Assembly (NCBI GenBank): GCA_000004985.1
Contig: GG738851.1
DNA from: Naegleria gruberi
Taxonomy: Eukaryota
DNA length: 64,000 nucleotides
Strand: one strand, 5' to 3'
The notes below the pieces were generated by a model. It had not been told where the DNA came from. It made no database searches and saw only the letters and a list, made by a program, of their open reading frames with translations. Below, in pieces: positions 1-11,167 of the stretch. The translations under genes and the position numbers were made by a program. Within the stretch, counting starts at the first letter, position 1; each line of letters starts with the position of its first letter.

Positions 1-32
1 TAATTCTTCATCATGTTGATTCGAACAATTAT

Positions 33-2786
33 ATGAATGAAGTTAAATTATTTATTCAAAGTGATGCTATGAGTACTATGAGTAGTAATACTACTACCAA
101 TTTATCTTCATCTTCAAAATTACTAACGGACGATCATCATGATGATGAAAATAATTCAACATGTACAATTAATAATAATCTAAATAATACAACTACAACA
201 ATAACAAATTCAGCAACTACAACAATATCATCACAGGAAAATAATAATTTAAATATTATTGATGCATCAACAACATCATCAGAAAATTCCGAATTATTTA
301 ATGTATTACCTGATGATAATAATAATTATCAGATGCAACAGATCAAGTCGGAATCGCCTAGAGTTTCAACTGTTATTGAAACAAAAGTAACGATTTCTAC
401 TCAATCAGCAGCTGAGGATGATCATCAGGAAGAAGAGAATGATGAACATGCTATTGATGATCCAATGCAGGAATCACCAGCAAAACCACAACAGGATAAT
501 GTACAGCAGAATAATAGTAACTTGTCACCGTTTGAATTAATGATGGCCAAGTTGGAATCAAACAAGAGTGCAACAAGTAAATTAATTTTCAAAAGGAAGA
601 ATGTTGATTTGTTGGGAGAGTCAACTAGTTCGGCATTTCAACCACAGGCATCGAGCTCAATGGATAGTTCAAACCCGATTGTGGAATCGGATGGTGTTGG
701 ATTGATTGGTGAATCTCCTGGATTGGAAGATGAAGTACTGGATTGTAAAAGAACAAATGGAGTGCTACGTTGTTCATCATTTTCACAGGATACGGATAGT
801 AAAATTGGGGATGATTACGAGGAGCCATTTCAAGATCATGACAAAGCATTGGAAAAACTCTCTGAAGGATTGTCAGATGAACAAAAACGAGTTTTTGATA
901 TGGTAAAGGAGGGGAAAAGTGTTTTAATTACTGGTTTGGCTGGTGCTGGAAAATCATTCTTGATGAAACGAATTATTGCCATGTTAAAATTGATGAGGAA
1001 AGATTATGCTGCTACTGCTGCCACAGGCATTGCAGCAGTCAATATTGGAGGAGTTACTTTGCATAGTTATATAGCTTTAGCTGATACTAATTGTGCAGGA
1101 ATTTGGGGAAAGAAAATGGATATCAAAGTATTAGATACATTGATTATTGACGAAATTTCAATGATTAGTGCAGAGCTCTTTGAACTTGTTCATTTCCTAT
1201 TGACTCTTGTTTGTTATTACTCTGATATTAAGAGACGTTACGATCTTCAAAAGCAAGATAAGAAGAAATTGACAGAGTCCATGAAAAGGATTTACGATCA
1301 AGCTCTTCCATTCCATTTAATTGATGGACTTCCACTATTTGGAGGAAAGCAATTAATTCTTTCAGGAGATTTTATGCAATTAACACCTGTACCGAGAAGA
1401 AATAGTTCAGATTCAGAAAATCACATGGAAGGAAAAGATAAGCAATTCATTTTTCAATCACCACTCTTTTCCAAAATTTTTAACTCTTCTAATATTATGG
1501 TTCTCAAGCAAATATTCAGACAAGTCGATCAACCTGATTTTTTAGAGGCACTTAATGAGATTAGAATGGGAAAAGTCTCTACAAAAACCATCAATTTTTT
1601 GAAAAGATTAAAGCAAAACAGGTTAATGCCAGTGAATGGAATTTTACCTACCCTACTCTACACAACCAACAGAGATGTGGACCAGGAAAATAACACTCAT
1701 TTAGCAAACCTGTCCAGCGACAGTCACTTTTTTGAAACTGAAACAATAGATCCAAATCATAACATTCCGAACTCTACACTGAACTATATGAAACGTATAT
1801 TTGAGAACCAAATTTCTGAAAATATAACACTGAAGGAAGGAGCACAAGTAATCCTGACAAAGAATATGGACAAGTATCATGTTAATGGATCGAGAGGAGT
1901 AGTTGTAGGATTTAAAGTTTTTTCTCAATTACAAATTGAGGAGTGGCAAAAATTCAGATTTTCTCGTTTCTCATCAAAATGGACCAACGATATTGAAATA
2001 CCAAAGATCAAATTTTTCGATGGCTCTGAGTCTTACATTCCACCTGTTGTTTTTACAATGAAAGGACCAAAGATAAATGGTGCTGAAACAGAATTGTGGA
2101 GAATGGGATTTCCACTCAGGTTGGCCTGGGCCATCACTGTTCACAAATCACAAGGTATGACTTTGGATTATTGCAAAGTGGACCTCTCACAGATATTCAC
2201 TCCTGGACTTTCGTATGTGGCACTGAGTCGTGTAAAGAATGCCAAAAATTTAGAAATTGTAAATATTAACTGGAAGAAGATTGATTATGTGAATGAGGAT
2301 GCAAAAAAGTTTTACAAGAATCTGAATAACAAGGATCTCAGCTCCTCATCTCCCCTAGGAAAGAGATCTTCAGTTGGTTCTTCATCTTCTGAAATGGGCA
2401 TTGTACCAATATTCTCAACACCCAACACTAAAAAGATCAAAACAGATGATAACATGGATCTTTCATTCACTCCTCCTCAACAACCTATGGCTTCCTCTTC
2501 TTCAGCATCTACTACTCAACAACTTCAGTGTACAACAAACGTTATTTGGAGCTGGCAAAATGGAGCTAATTGGAAATTGTACGATAGAATTTCACACCAA
2601 ATCGAACAAGGTTATAGTGAGTGGACCAATGAGAATCAACCAGAATCAAAACGATTCTACTCTGTTTCAGATGCTCACTATATTGATTTCCAATTAATGA
2701 AACAAGTGAATAAGAATGAATCATGGAGAACAAGAAAGGTCAAAAGAGAGGAGCAATTCATTACTCGTCTCACCAAACAAATGTAA
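33..2786 (+). CDS. PIF1-family 5'-3' DNA helicase with an N/S/T-rich low-complexity N-terminus and a C-terminal WWE-like domain
   Basis: Single ORF of 917 aa starting at the ATG at 33. PIF1 motifs are readable: Walker A GLAGAGKSF, motif II LIIDEISM, motif III LILSGDFMQLTPV, motif V ITVHKSQGMTLD, and VALSRVKNAKNLEIVN. The C-terminus (VIWSWQNGANWKLYDRISHQIEQGYSEW...DAHYIDFQLMKQ) fits the WWE W-W..W..Y..E pattern. There is no Rep/HUH domain upstream within the window. Confidence 0.8.
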   Translation: MNEVKLFIQSDAMSTMSSNTTTNLSSSSKLLTDDHHDDENNSTCTINNNLNNTTTTITNSATTTISSQENNNLNIIDASTTSSENSELFNVLPDDNNNYQMQQIKSESPRVSTVIETKVTISTQSAAEDDHQEEENDEHAIDDPMQESPAKPQQDNVQQNNSNLSPFELMMAKLESNKSATSKLIFKRKNVDLLGESTSSAFQPQASSSMDSSNPIVESDGVGLIGESPGLEDEVLDCKRTNGVLRCSSFSQDTDSKIGDDYEEPFQDHDKALEKLSEGLSDEQKRVFDMVKEGKSVLITGLAGAGKSFLMKRIIAMLKLMRKDYAATAATGIAAVNIGGVTLHSYIALADTNCAGIWGKKMDIKVLDTLIIDEISMISAELFELVHFLLTLVCYYSDIKRRYDLQKQDKKKLTESMKRIYDQALPFHLIDGLPLFGGKQLILSGDFMQLTPVPRRNSSDSENHMEGKDKQFIFQSPLFSKIFNSSNIMVLKQIFRQVDQPDFLEALNEIRMGKVSTKTINFLKRLKQNRLMPVNGILPTLLYTTNRDVDQENNTHLANLSSDSHFFETETIDPNHNIPNSTLNYMKRIFENQISENITLKEGAQVILTKNMDKYHVNGSRGVVVGFKVFSQLQIEEWQKFRFSRFSSKWTNDIEIPKIKFFDGSESYIPPVVFTMKGPKINGAETELWRMGFPLRLAWAITVHKSQGMTLDYCKVDLSQIFTPGLSYVALSRVKNAKNLEIVNINWKKIDYVNEDAKKFYKNLNNKDLSSSSPLGKRSSVGSSSSEMGIVPIFSTPNTKKIKTDDNMDLSFTPPQQPMASSSSASTTQQLQCTTNVIWSWQNGANWKLYDRISHQIEQGYSEWTNENQPESKRFYSVSDAHYIDFQLMKQVNKNESWRTRKVKREEQFITRLTKQM

Positions 2787-2818
2787 ACTTTTACCATTCA
2801 AATGTCATTGTGAAAAAA

Positions 2819-5467
2819 ATGTATGATCATTGGGTAGGTATACCTATTCTACTACTCTCTTCACTATCATTACGCTAGAAATACGACAGAGATCAAGTCC
2901 TCCGAATAACTCTCAACAATGGCTTTTATCTACAATATGCTGATGATAAATTTAAAAAAGATAAAGATCTTGTGTTACAGGTAATTTCTCGGTACGGAAG
3001 GGGACTCGAATTCGTAGACGAATCCCTGAAAAAAGATAAGGAGGTTGTTCTTGCAGCTGTCAAACACGATGGCTTTGCACTTAAATTTGCTCATCATTCA
3101 TTGAAAAAAGATAGAACAATAGTTTGGGAAGCAATTTCACAAAATGGAAATGCTCTTCGTTTCGCTGATGCAATATTTCAAAATGATAGAGAAATTGTGT
3201 TGCGATCGGTGAGAATCGCTGGCGGAGCATTACAACATGCCAGTGATTTGTTAAAAGTGGATCATCTAGTTGTGTTTGAAGCAGTCAAACAGAGTGGACA
3301 TGCTATTCAATTTGCGCACTCATCATTTAAGAAAGATAGAGAGCTGGCATTGAAATGTTGTAAAATAGGAGATAATTCATTTGAATATGTAGATGGATCA
3401 TTCAAGAAAGAAAGAGAGTTCGTATTGGAATCTGTTAAAAGTTTTGGAACAGCTCTTTTGCATGTACATGAACCATTTAAAAAAGATAAGGAAATAGTTT
3501 TTGAAGCTATCAAACAAAGTCCAAGTGCATTCTTCAGTGCTGATGATTCATTTAGGAAGAAAGACAGAGAATTTATATTGAAAGTCGCCAAGTGTGATGA
3601 GGGTGCAATTTATTGGACAGATTATTCTATCCAATCAGAGACATTATTTGCATTTATCTACTCGTTTAGCTTGAAAGCTGATCAAAAAGAATGGATAAAG
3701 GGTCTAAATTCAACGCTATACGAAAATATCGAGAAAGCCAAGGCTGAATCAATTCAGACATGTTTATCTAGAGATGTTATTGGAATGTATTCGAACAAGT
3801 TTTCTGAGGAAGCTTATTTATTTTGTTGCTTGGCTTTACCAGACACTTATCCTAAACCTGTAGGAAATATATTCAATTTCAATCAATCGTATTCTAGTCA
3901 ATTTGTGGAAAAACTGATTATTGTACAAATTTTGAAGAGTATTAGTTCATTGGATTCAACTTGCAGCGCATCTGTCAGTAAGACAATAGATTATTACTTG
4001 TTTTTATTCAAGTTAGACAGATTTTTAGACGAATCTAATGTTAAATCAACCAATTATTCCAAGCTTGGATCTGTTGTTATGGAAATTTCATCAAAGTTTG
4101 AAACATCATATTACTCAAAAACTGATATTGGAATTGCATTATTATTTTTCAAAGATTGGATCAGCAGATTTAAACATTTCGATGATCACCGAGAGACATT
4201 AGCTCAATACAAGCAAGTTGGAGGTGATTTCTCAAAAATTATGCGAGTTATCACGCAATTTCATTACTATTCAAATAATGATTATGATGTTGTTTCAGTA
4301 CTAGGATATGGAGGCGAAGGAGCTGCTTTTAAAGCATTTAGTAAGAAATTGAATGAATTGGTGGCCATCAAAATCAAATTTGAGAAGGAAGATGAAAAAA
4401 GCAGCGAGGAAAGAATTCAATTTATCAGGAGAAATGATATTGAAGGTAAAATCAAATGCCACGATTGTAATTTGATTGATGGTTACATGTATTCTATCAT
4501 GGAATTGGGAGAAGAGACATTATCTGATTATATTGATAGAAATAGAACTTATTATCAAAATAAGCAATATTCGAAAGAGCATTTTATTGAGATTCTAATA
4601 ATATTTAACAAGATTTTACAAGCAGTCAAATCAATTCATGACCATAATATTTCACATAGAGATTTGGATCCTAAAAATGTAGTCAAAGTGAAAGATCGTT
4701 ACAAAATTATTGACTTTGATATTGCAAAGGTCATCAAAACAGGTAATTCTATCACCCTAACTGTTGGAAAATTTGCATACATGTCACCAGAAGTGTCACA
4801 CGACAATTACAGCGAGGAAATGCTCAATAACGAAGACAAGCTTTCAAATAATATTGGAAATGTCACAACATCATGTGATATCTTCTCATTGGGATGTATT
4901 TTATTGAAACTCTTAACAAACTGTAGTTTGAGATTGGATAGAGAATTCGTAACTGTTATCAACAACTTTGAGAAATATGATGGAAATTATCAATACTTTA
5001 CAGATAATGGATTTTATTTCTATTCAATATTGATTGATTTGTTAAAGGAAAAGAAATTACATCACGCCATTCAACAGACAGTGAACCAGTTCGTGGATCC
5101 TGAATGGGAAGTTAATGAAATACTTATCAAGTGTTTAATAACAATGATTCAAAAGGATCCAACTCAAAGATTAGATTGTTTCATACATAGTAATGTCCTT
5201 ACAAAGGTAATCGATTTTTTAAAAGGTGAAAACAACATGACACTTAACCAAATTCTCAAAGATATGGAAAATTATAAGGAAATTAATGAATTGAAGGATA
5301 TTCCACAAATTATTGAAGAAAATGAGCAGCTTAAGAATGAAAATGTTGAGCTGAAGAGAATGATCGAAAATCTAGAAGAGAAAAGTCGAAAGGATAAGGA
5401 AGAAAATCAAATGCTAATGAAGAAGTTAGAGGAAATGGAGAAACGAACCAAAGAGCTTGAAAAATAA
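2819..5467 (+). CDS. DUF4116-like tandem-repeat protein fused to a protein-kinase-like domain and a C-terminal coiled coil. Model: join(2819..2833, 2879..5467).
   Basis: The long ORF has no in-frame ATG. Its frame stays open back to 2879 and still encodes the repeat there (YADDKFKKDKDLVLQ). Upstream lie ATG TAT GAT CAT TGG (MYDHW), then GTAGGT...CGCTAG; a 45-nt GT..AG intron (2834..2878) joins these in phase 0. About nine repeats of ~37 aa follow (K-DREVVLeAVKqnG-AL-fA---LKKDR). Kinase motifs are VAIKIKF, HRDLDPKNV and DFD (instead of DFG), plus an odd Gly loop LGYGGEGAAF. The C-terminus is a K/E-rich coiled coil. Confidence 0.55.
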
Positions 5468-5596
5468 ATTCATAAACTGGAATAAATAGAGAATTCAATC
5501 AAATTTCTAATAATAACTAAAGGGTATTTAAAATAATAATTATGACAACAAATTGGTGAACCGTGCTATCACGTTTTTTAATAACACAACAAAAAA

Positions 5597-6364
5597 ATGA
5601 ACAAAATCTCAAGAGGGTTAATCACCACAGGTAACAAGAGATTCTTCTCATCCACTTGCATGAACAAAAGTAAACCAATTGTTGAATTCAAAGAAATTCA
5701 GAAGGGACAAATATGGTTAATTGACAATTTATTTTCTGAAGAGGAATGCAAATCCTATATTGAATTGGCTGAATCGCAAGGATTTAATGATGCACCAGTC
5801 ACAGTTGGTGCTAATACTTTCAAAATGATGACAGATTACAGAAATAATAAGAGAGTAATTTTGGATGATCCTAACTTAGCTCAACAAATCTACACGAAAG
5901 TGAAAGATTTCGTTCCAGAATTTGCAAGTGAACTGAATGTCAATTCAAGAAAGATCAATACAGAATTCTTTCAAAAGTGTGGAGTGAACGAAAGATTCAG
6001 ATTTTACAGATATACCTCAGATGAGTATTTTAAAGCTCACTTTGATGGAAACTTTGCTAGAAACAACGTAGAGTGCACTCTTGAGAATGGAAAGACCTAC
6101 CTCTGTGAAGAATCTTCCTTCATAACCATGCTCATCTATTTAAACACTTTAGAGAAGGGAGGTGAAACAAATTTTGTGAATCCAGGTGGAGAAGAAAGAA
6201 TTCTTCACTCTGTGAATCCAAAAACAGGAAGAGTGCTATTGTTTGTCCATCGTTTGTTGCATGAAGCTGAACCAGTTGGAGAACCTTGGCAATTCAAATA
6301 TGTGTTGAGAACAGATATCATGTATAGAAGACCAATGGGTCTATTTTCATCATTTCATTGGTAA
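5597..6364 (+). CDS. 2-oxoglutarate/Fe(II)-dependent oxygenase (prolyl-4-hydroxylase-like)
   Basis: 255-aa ORF from an ATG. The HxD...H facial triad is present as KAHFDGN (H-x-D) and LFVHRLLHEAEP (distal His), and RTDIMY carries the 2OG-binding Arg. The N-terminus is basic and presequence-like. Confidence 0.6.
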   Translation: MNKISRGLITTGNKRFFSSTCMNKSKPIVEFKEIQKGQIWLIDNLFSEEECKSYIELAESQGFNDAPVTVGANTFKMMTDYRNNKRVILDDPNLAQQIYTKVKDFVPEFASELNVNSRKINTEFFQKCGVNERFRFYRYTSDEYFKAHFDGNFARNNVECTLENGKTYLCEESSFITMLIYLNTLEKGGETNFVNPGGEERILHSVNPKTGRVLLFVHRLLHEAEPVGEPWQFKYVLRTDIMYRRPMGLFSSFHW

Positions 6365-7117
6365 ATGAATAAAGCTTACCTAATAAACTTGAATCAGACA
6401 ATAATTGGAAAGAGATATCAAGTCAGCCCATCAAGGACAATTAGACACAATTCTGCTACCAAGGTCTAATTCAATTTCATAATGTCAATATTGATGACAT
6501 AAATAGTGAAGAATCGCATATCCACTGCCTATCTTAATTACGTTCATTGTTTCGGTCAATATTCAAACTGAGATTTGACCAGGTTCACTCAAACTATTTC
6601 GCTGATTCTCATTATTGTGGCCAAGATATCTGTCATGAATCATGTGGCATATTGCACCAGAGGAAATTTAGCAAAACCTCAAACTAATAAAATGTCCAAA
6701 CAGGTGGTCAATAATGATGCTAACAATATTAGTGGCACTACCACATGCATGCAAACTTTCGCATGTATCACTTCGAGAAATACACAAGAGGAGAGTTCAG
6801 AGCTCTTCAAGTTTTCTCCTCATTTGAAGTCTTTCAGATATTTTCAAGATGCTGAACGCATGTTGAATAATTATTTCCAATTTTACATGCGGAAGGTATT
6901 GGAGTTGTGTTATTTTTTTTCGTTAAGATTTTTAAAATTGGCGGGAATTTGTTTAAGGTTGTTTGCTTATTAGTGCGAGCATGTAAAAGAAACACATGTT
7001 TCAAATTCCTTAACAATTTAAACAATAGAATCGGTAAGCTAGTTTTCATTCACCTATCAAGATTAAATTTGTTTTATTGTTTTTGGGCACAGTTTGAACA
7101 ATTTTCTCTTGCATCGA

Positions 7118-8006
7118 TCATTCGACACCAATCATTTGATTATCAAGTTTCTTATCGTGCTGCTTCTTAGACTGTTGAAGAAGCATCAGAATTTGATTAT
7201 ACATTTCTTCAAGCTTCTTATCCCATTCCTCTTGTTTCTCTTGCTTATCCCATTCTTCTTGTTTCTTATCAAGATTATTAACACTTTCAACAACCTTATC
7301 GAGACCCAACAGGATTTGTGAATTTTGTTTTAATAGGTCGAGTAAAAGTTCTCTTTCCATTTTTTTCACTAGCTCAGGTGATTCGTAATTGCTGTAGAAA
7401 TTCCAATTTATTTGATAGCATTGATTAAGGGCAAAACAACTTTTGTACGAAACAATTTTAAACATTAGAATCATTTTCGAATACTTGTCTCTTTCCCAAT
7501 TTTGCTCTTCCAAATTCAATAACATATCGAATAGATTTAATCTGATTCAATAGCAATAGAATGAAAAACATTCCAATTGCAGCATATCCAAAATCGAGAT
7601 ATCTAGTGCAAATCACCAATCCAATAAAATTCAACAAACTGTAAATAAACATGCCAAGTGGATCTTTGGTAGCCATCGAATAGAAACCACAGCCAATTCC
7701 AATAATCACCAACATGGCAATCCACAATGGAGTTCCAATCCAAAATACAGAAAAGATCAATACCAATCCAATCAGCAACAATTGGAATGAAAACATGTTT
7801 GCCAAATTTTGCCATTGTACAGCAGATGCTTGATTAGTATATTGTTTTTTCTGAATGGAATCTATAAAGTGTTCAATGTTTTTAGAGAACATGTCATAGA
7901 GTGGTGTTCTTGTTGTTTCTTGTTCTTGTGGAGCTGTTGTTGTTCTTGTTGTGGTTTCGTCCAACTGTTCAGAGTTGAGTGGTTGATGCGCTTCGGAATT
8001 GTTCAT
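7118..8006 (-). CDS. Hypothetical 4-TM membrane protein with a C-terminal K/E/Q-rich coiled coil. Tentative model: complement(join(7118..7372, 7485..8006)).
   Basis: Two ORFs (7458..8006 and 7118..7525) overlap by about 65 nt in different frames. A 112-nt GT..AG intron (7373..7484; donor CAA|GTATTC, acceptor CACCTGAG|CTAGTG) joins them in frame to give a 258-aa protein. It has a Thr-rich N-terminus and four hydrophobic segments. The tail has a direct repeat (EEWDKQEKQEEWDKK) encoded by duplicated DNA. The splice is my reconstruction only. Confidence 0.4.
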
Positions 8007-8399
8007 TGTTGCTTGCTTTCGTTTTTTTTCTGTTTGGAATAATCCAAATGCCTATATATTTGGATATTTGTAGGATGGAAAAAAAACGTGTTTTTGTTGT
8101 GGTTTGGTGGATGGCATTTTGCGATTGGTTAATTTTTTTTTGTAAACTTTTTTAATATTGTAATTCTTTAATTCTTTGAATGATATTGAATTCAAACATT
8201 TAAAACTTTTGTAATGCAACCTTAGAGAAATTACAAAGTGTTGTTTGTCCTCAATTGAGTGGCAATGTGAACTTGAATTTCAATCTCAATCTTGATCTAA
8301 AAATAAATTTCAAGAAAATTGCAAATAAAAACGAGAACAATTTCAATAAACAACTTTTTCAAAAACAAAAAAACAAAACAAAACAATTAACTAGGAAAA

Positions 8400-8984
8400 A
8401 TGCACCCGGAAAAAATTACTGGAAGATTAGGAATTGCAACCAATCAAACAATTAAGAGAAATGCCTACATTCGTATACAGGAAAAGGCAGTTTCTCATTA
8501 TCAAATTGATGGAGAACAAGTTGCCTTCTCATTGAATAGACACAAAGCATGGGAATTGTTGGAAAAGCAACAAGAAATTGAAGAATCATATGACAATGTG
8601 TCAAGAAACAATGATCAAGAAAATAGACTAACTAAAAAGAAACATTTCCAACAACATCTCAATAAGAGTAAACATGACAATCGATTGCAACAAAAGGAAT
8701 TGGCAAAACTCAAGAAGAATTTAGAAAAGAAACCAATTCTATCCGAATCAACAGAAGAAGAAGCAGAACCAAAGATTGTGAAACATTTAATTGGAAGCAA
8801 AAATTATCCGAGAGGAGTTTCACTGTTCCCTGAAAATGGAATTGTCATTTCAGAAGTTATGAGTCGAGCACAAATTTACAAATTGAGTCAACACAGAGAT
8901 CGTCAACGTCATTTGGGTGTTTCAGGTAATCAGAAATCAAGACATCAGAAAAAAGCTGAATTTGAAAAGAGTATCTTTTTGTAA
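8400..8984 (+). CDS. Hypothetical K/E/Q-rich protein
   Basis: 194-aa ORF from the ATG at 8400 with no recognisable domain. Composition looks like coding sequence rather than AT-rich spacer. Confidence 0.3.
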   Translation: MHPEKITGRLGIATNQTIKRNAYIRIQEKAVSHYQIDGEQVAFSLNRHKAWELLEKQQEIEESYDNVSRNNDQENRLTKKKHFQQHLNKSKHDNRLQQKELAKLKKNLEKKPILSESTEEEAEPKIVKHLIGSKNYPRGVSLFPENGIVISEVMSRAQIYKLSQHRDRQRHLGVSGNQKSRHQKKAEFEKSIFL

Positions 8985-9121
8985 AGATTACAATTGTACG
9001 TATAGCATTCGAGAGTAGGCAATAAAGTCATGATTTTGTTCCACTGTGGAACCTGATCCAATTTCCATTGTAAAATCATTTTACTGAACTTGAAAGTCAA
9101 TCAAAAAAAAATAACACAATA

Positions 9122-10604
9122 ATGAATGCAGGATTATTTTCTTCCGGGGCTTTTAATTCCGAATCTTTTAAAGATGTTTTGAATTGTGGTAAGAGATTGC
9201 CCTCCAATTCTTCCATTACATTCGAGGGAATTATGAAGGACTACTTTTATCAGACTGGTATGATGAAGGTATCTAATAAATTATTGGAAACTGCCTATTC
9301 GATTGCTGTTGATCATGATCCGATCAGTTTGGAAAGGCAAATTCACTTGGCATTAGGATTGCACAGTTGTAAAGATGGGCTGAATGAAAGAAGGGATTTG
9401 AATTTAGTTGTAGGTTGTTTAATTATATTATATTCATACATATATAAATATATATAATTATATATTATAATTATGCAATATATTTAATAATTATTGTAAA
9501 CTAAAGATTGTATTGGATATTAGTGGATCAATGGGATCTGCCATGTCTAGCAAGGAAAAAACCAAAATGCAAGTGGCCAATCAAGTAATTTGTGAAATAA
9601 TTGACAATTTGAGAGAATTTGAAAGATTGGGAATTGTTTTATTCGATCACAAGGCCGAAACTTTACTTCCATTAACAATCGTTCAAGATTTAGATAAGAA
9701 ATCACTCAAGGAAACTGTTCTAAAGATTGAAGAGCAGGGATCTACAAATTTTGAAGCTGGTATGCAAAGAGGAATCGATTTATTTTCCACTCTAGATTCG
9801 TCTGATTTATCCAATTCTAATAGAATCATTTACTTGACAGATGCTTGTCCAAACGTGGGTGGAACTGACACTCTCGATATTCTCACAAAAGATGCAAACT
9901 CTGGTCCGTACAATATCTTTTCAACTTTTATTGGAATTGGTTTAGATTTCAATTCGGATATTGTGGAAGAATTGACTCGAGTTCGTGGTTGTAATTATTT
10001 CTCTGTTAGATCAACTGAGGATTTTACAAAGATTTTGAATCAGGATTTCAATTATATTGTAACACCGATTTGTTACAATGTCAAGTTGAGTTTGGAATGT
10101 GAAAATTATGAAATTGAAAAATGTTTTGGAACAAATATGGCGGGAGAATCAACTGGCGAGATTATGAAAGTTGATACTTGTTCTGCAAGTCAATTGGATG
10201 AAAGAGGTGTTAAGGGAGGGATGGTTTTATTAAGATTGAAAGCAAAGAATGATTTTAAAGGAGAATCGAATGTGAAATTAACACTTTCCTATGAAACTAT
10301 TGAAGGAAAGAAGGTCAGAGATGAGAAGCAAGTTAAAATTGAATCAAGTGATCAACTTGGAAATTATTACGAAACTAATGGAATTCGAAAGGCCATTGCA
10401 TTGGTTAGATATGTTGAACAGGTGAAGGGTTATTTGATGGAAATGAAGAATGGGGAAACAAAACATGAAGGATGGAATTCAAAATTCAATCAATTATTGA
10501 ACCATTTCACCAATGAAGTGCAAGAAATTGGAGACGAAACCATGAACGAACATGTTGACTCTCTTAAGAAATTAATTAAATTTTCCACTGTTGTTAGAAA
10601 ATAA
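9122..10604 (+). CDS. von Willebrand factor A (vWA/MIDAS) domain protein. Model: join(9122..9409, 9507..10604).
   Basis: Exon 1 ends ...RDLNLV before GTAGGT. A 97-nt intron that is almost pure AT ends ...CTAAAG. Exon 2 resumes IVLDISGSMGS, restoring the vWA beta1-MIDAS motif (vlDiSGSM). Later MIDAS residues are STNFEAGMQ and the LTDA region. Confidence 0.65.
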
Positions 10605-11167
10605 ATTCCTGTACAATTCAACTATGTAGCATCTCAATCACCAACTATCTAGAACTCACTTTCCAAACATTCAACATGTTAGAATTGAGTAAACTGATTT
10701 GCTTTATTGAAGAACAATGTAAGGCGTTGGTTACACTAAATCAGTTCAATGAAATACCCACTCTGTAGTTTTAATTGCAAATCTGTTCAACAGTTTCCTT
10801 TATTTATTAATTAAAATCTATAAAAGTAAATTTAAATACTTTTGCATTTGGAAATTCTAACAATATCTTTGAAAGTCAATTTAGATCTCAACTCTTTTCA
10901 TGGTGTTGCTTGACATGAACCATCATGAAGAGGTAAGTTTAGTTTACAATTTTATGAAATTTAGTCTAGTTTGAAAGTTGTATCAAGCGTCAGCTCTAAT
11001 CGTCCAAGAAAACTGACATTGTCTCTTGAACTTATGGTGTTTTCTAATACTTTTGTATGCTTGATAAGGATTGATGAACTGGTTGTAAGATTAACTTTCG
11101 TATAAATAGCAAGTAGAGTGGCTCATTAAGATATTCAAACAAACCAAAAAAAACAATACAAATAACA

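Noticed and set aside
33-2786. PIF1-like helicase as the Hel part of a Helitron
   Set aside because: No Rep/HUH nuclease domain precedes it within the window (the N-terminus is low-complexity), and there are no recognisable Helitron termini. I treated it as a cellular PIF1 paralog.
6400-7117. Cluster of short ORFs (6575..6973, 6834..7049, 6907..7170, 7094..7321)
   Set aside because: AT-rich, overlapping on both strands, with no ATG-initiated conserved-looking product. Most likely the 3' flank or UTR of the 7118..8006 gene.
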